Part shown: one piece after another, positions 60,261-64,000 of the stretch
How the letters are laid out: each line of letters opens with the position of its first letter
How positions within the stretch are numbered: position 1 is the first letter of the stretch
Assembly (NCBI RefSeq): GCF_030144855.1
Contig: NC_082721.1
Coordinates: 73,966,001-74,030,000 of the forward strand
Origin: Hypanus sabinus
Lineage: Eukaryota
Direction: 5' to 3'
DNA: 64,000 nucleotides
Notes under the pieces: generated by a model
Databases searched by the model: none
What the model was told of the DNA's origin: nothing
What the model saw: the letters and a program-made list of their open reading frames with translations, nothing else
Program-made: the position numbers and the translations under genes

Positions 60261-60612
60261 AACAACTGCCAAGTATAGCCGCCCCGCTTGTTCGCTCTGT
60301 ACTTTTATTGAGTTCTTGGTAAAGTGCACCCGCCGCTGATAGGGCATCCGGAATGTCCGAATGCCCGCAAAACCTTCGACATCAAATTTCTGATTGACAT
60401 CCAAAATTGCTAATCAAAGGGAATAGCAAATTGAACGTGCTGTTCAGAGCCTAGCAATTTTTTTTTGTTCTGCAGTTTGCAGTTCCGCAATTTTGCAAAT
60501 TGCTGTAATCTAGGTGATTGGGGTGACAGAATTTGGTGTGATTAATGTGGATGATTAATTTCCTTGCGAGAATAGGAGCAGAAGCCATTGACATCCTTCA
60601 GAAATGCAGAAA

Positions 60613-62129
60613 ATGTTTTCACAGACTGTGCGCCCACTTTCAGTTGGTGGCACTGCAAATGCATTTAGTGTTGTAATCTTCAAATAATTCTTGCCTTTAA
60701 ACCGAGGAAAAAGAATGGGTGATGTAAAACTACTTCCTTTACACTCATCTACTGCGAAGGAAAATGAACTTTAGACTGTGGAAATAGAGCCTAGAGATAT
60801 TTTAAGTTTTAGTTGCTCGGAACAATTTTGGAAGTGTTTACGAGCTGATCAAAGTTAATTTGTTGTCCACTCTGCATGATTTAATTTCCCTTGGAATAGA
60901 TCCAACATCCAAAATTCTTTACCAAAACATGTGAAATATTCCGAGAACAGCTCAGCTCTCAATATATTCACTGTTGTGTTCTATGAGTACATTCTGCATG
61001 GCTTCATGCTGTATGGAGTTCAGTACAAAATTCAGAATAATTTGCTTTGAAATGCAGGGAATTACTTTTATATTTTTGTGTACTGCAGCGTCAAAGTTTT
61101 GACAGACTTCAAAGATAAAAATAAATCAGCATGAACATGCTGATTTATTGTATGCCTGAGAAATAAGAATAATGCTGGAGGTCAGCAGTGCAATCCGGCC
61201 AACTCCCGTCAGAAAAGCACCAACAGACGGATACCCAATTACATGATACAAGCCGTACCACTTGCAAAATATATCTGAGTATTGGATAAGTGGACTCAAT
61301 GCACCTTCCACTCCAAAAGTACCAGCTGGTAAGTTCCACGTCAAACCTCATCATCACTATGTTTTCAGAGACTGTGCTGTCACGTTCAGGTGGCGGGAAC
61401 TGCAAAAGCCTTTAATGTTATAAACTTCAAATAATTCCTTCTTTTCAACTGGGCGAAAGAGAATGAGAGAAGTAAAATCTACTTCCTCTTACTCTCACCC
61501 TACTACGAAAGAAAATTAAATTTAGATCATGAGAATAGAGCTTAGAGATACTTCAAGTTGTATTTTCTTGGAGCAATGTTGGAAATGTTTACGAGCTGAC
61601 CAAATTTAATTTGATGTCCACTCTGCATGATATAATTTCCCTGTTTAGACTGGATCCAACATCCACCATTATTTTTGAAAATACTGCTTTCTAAAGATAT
61701 GAAATATTCCGACAGCAGCCGAGCTGTCATTCTGTTCACTGTTGTGCAGTACGAGTGCATTCAGCATGCCCGCATGCTTTCCGGAGTTCAGTACAAAAAT
61801 CAGTATAACTTGCTTCAAAGTGCAGGGAGACATTTTAATTTTTTGTGTACTGCAGCTTAAAAGATTTGACAGACTTTGAATATAAAAATAACTCAGCATG
61901 ACCATATTGCTTTATGGTCAGTCTGAGAAAGAAAAAGAATGCTGGATGTCAGCAGTGCAATCCAGCCAACTCCCATCGGATAAGCCTCAACCAATAGAAA
62001 CCTAATTATAAGATACACGCCGTCCCACTTGCAAAATATATCTGAGTATTGGATAAGTGGATTCAATGCCCCCCCACTCCAAAAGTACCAGCTAATGAGT
62101 TCCAGGTCAAGCCTCACCATTACAATGTT
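60613..62129. repeat. Diverged tandem duplication, two units of about 745 and 770 bp (60613-61357; 61358-62129)
   Basis: Collinear shared blocks: atgttttca(c/g)agactgtgc, tgtttacgagctga, tgtccactctgcatgat, ttttgtgtactgcagc, cacttgcaaaatatatctgagtattggataagtgga, ccactccaaaagtaccagct. Confidence 0.93.
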
Positions 62130-62467
62130 ATCCTAATCTCCCAGTTTATCCCTACGAACTGCATTAAAATCACTAACACGCTTTATTAAAATAGATCCGA
62201 TTTGCTCTTCTGAGAATCCTCATGAATTTCTGCACTCGGACAACTTTCCTCTTTGTTTTTTCTACACGACACAAAACCATCTCGAATCCTCAGATAGATC
62301 ATTTTGCAGGGCTGCTATAGTCATGTGAACTCTCTCTAATATATTTTAATTTCTAAATATGTTGCATGCTAAATTAGTGTCCTGACATATACGCTAACTC
62401 AAAGCAATGGCAGCCTAATGATCTCAATCTAGGACAACATTCAAAATGTTGTATTATTTACCCACCT

Positions 62468-64000
62468 AACAAGGCCAAGAGGTTTGGGTGTAATCAAGGG
62501 AAATGACATTAACAATTGTACATATTTATATTTCCCTCAAGAAGTGCTTATGGTACTATATGAGAGAACAAAAATCTTATTGTCCTTTAATAACCTGTGA
62601 TACACAATAAAGAAACTGGTCGACCGTTATCTTCCTCTGGAAGATAGGTGATTATCCAAATTAATATGGAAAGGATGAAGATGTGCGGCATCAGCAACCT
62701 CAATAATCTATGTAAGAGTATTTGGATGAAGATGTGACTTCCTTTCTAACAATATAATTCTAAATCATCAGACAGTCTTTGCAATGCAGACCCATGATGC
62801 CTTTGGTTTTGGTAGATTAGTTTTCATAAATAAGGGTATTGAGTAAAGAAAATTGGATGTTACGTTGAACTTGTATAAGACATGGCTGAGGCTTATGGTT
62901 GAGTATTGCGTGTAGTTTTGGTCAGTTACCTACGGAAACAAATATTAAACATATTTGAAAGAGGAAAGAGAAGATTAGCAAAGGATTTCCTGTTTCTGCA
63001 GGACTCGTGCTGTATTGAAAAAACGAACAGGTTAGGAACCTTTGTTCTTGTAACGTAGAAGATTGAGGAGGGATTTGTAAAATGTATACAAACTCATGAG
63101 AAATACAGATATGATAAATATAAACAGATCTTCACTGTGGTTGCGTAGGAGTACAACTAGATGTAAAGGATTAAGCATGAAAGGTGAGTAGTTTAAAGGG
63201 AGCAGGAGGGGAAACTTCTTCACTCAGAGCCTCATAAGAACATTAGACAATTGAGGAGAATTTGTCTAATCCGCTCATTCAGTCTGCCATGCCATTCCAT
63301 CATGGCAGATAATGGATCCCATTTATTTCTATCCACCTGGCGTCTGGCCACATCTTTTGATGTTCTGACTGTTCATGAAACGGACAATTTTTGTCTTAAA
63401 TATATGTTCGGACTAGGCTTCCACCACAATTTGTGGCAGATCATTCTACAGACTTACAACTCTTGGGCTAAAAGAATTGCTCCATACCTCTGTTTTGAAG
63501 TGTTTTTCCTCAATTTTGAGGCTGTGTCTTTCAGTTCTGCATACTACCATCAGAGGAAACATATTAACTATATCTACCCTGTAAAGCCCTGTCAACATTC
63601 GATAGGTTTAAATGAGATGCCCCCTCATTCTTCTGAATTCCAGTGAGTACAGGCCTGTAGGCCAGTTCCAAATGCTGCCATCCACCACTAGGCAGCAGAG
63701 ATTGCTGTCATGGGAATTTTAACATTCCTAATGTTGACTGGCATCACCGCAGACCAAGTGGTTTAGGTGAAGTGAAGACGGTTAAGTATGTTCAGGATGT
63801 TTTCCTGATGCAGTATATTAAAAAAAAAGCCAACTGGAGGAGAAGCTATGCTTGATTTGGTATTGAGAAATGAATCTGGTCAGGTGTCATACCTCGCGGT
63901 GACAGAGAATTCTTGAGGTGGTAATCACCACTCCGTTTCCTTTACCATGGTGCTGGAGAAGGATAAGAGCAGAAAATGTGGGAAACAATTCACTGGAATA
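62468..64000 (+). repeat. Second copy of a segmental duplication matching 52925-53820 joined to 57836-58470; runs off the window
   Basis: Collinear throughout, e.g. acaaggcca, gtgcttatggtactat, gaacaaaaatcttattgtcctt, tttcctgtttctgcaggactcgtgctgtattgaaaaaa, cggactaggcttccac, tgcttgatttggtattgagaaatgaa, aatgtgggaaaca. Confidence 0.93.

Noticed and set aside
60476-60513. Strong acceptor ttttttttgttctgcag as the next lectin exon
   Set aside because: The phase-1 reading reaches TAG after 12 codons and the donor (GTGATT) is weak.
61126-62120. Duplicated hydrophobic minus-strand ORFs (61126-61344, 61893-62120) as a small membrane protein pair
   Set aside because: They are antisense to the plus-strand splice-bounded blocks, their N-termini differ by frameshift, and they lack convincing starts.
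1-64000. Prokaryotic operon, defence system or CRISPR array
   Set aside because: No dense long ORFs and no regularly spaced identical repeats; the content is vertebrate LINEs, LTRs and spliced exons.

Overview
This is vertebrate nuclear DNA, not prokaryotic. It is AT-rich and mostly made of decayed retroelements. The repeat mix (CR1 LINEs with esterase-type ORF1, Penelope pseudo-LTRs, Rex1/Babar tails, an L1, Gypsy elements, Tc1 relics) suggests a cartilaginous fish, probably a ray or skate; this is an inference. Nearly every ORF in the supplied track is a transposon fragment or a chance frame. Best supported: (1) a full-length inactivated L1 with a 15-bp target-site duplication (TSD), inserted in a Tc1-derived mini-hairpin; (2) two related solo LTRs with perfect 4-bp TSDs; (3) a Gmr1-like Gypsy (protease then integrase) and a sushi/chromovirus-like Gypsy; (4) several near full-length CR1s; (5) Penelope ends carrying minimal hammerhead-ribozyme motifs; (6) the first two coding exons (46528-46633, 47732-47851, +) of a type II membrane protein, most likely a C-type lectin receptor, with a YENV motif and a PU.1 box upstream. 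Downstream of that gene lie nested tandem duplications (about 0.75 kb and about 5.5 kb) containing splice-bounded, stop-disabled exon-like blocks. The non-repetitive DNA between about 1.7 and 28.8 kb holds many minus-strand splice-bounded blocks that look like a decayed multi-exon gene, with a by-eye, unverified resemblance to RGS-domain proteins. No CRISPR, rRNA or tRNA was seen. Boundaries of old repeats are approximate.
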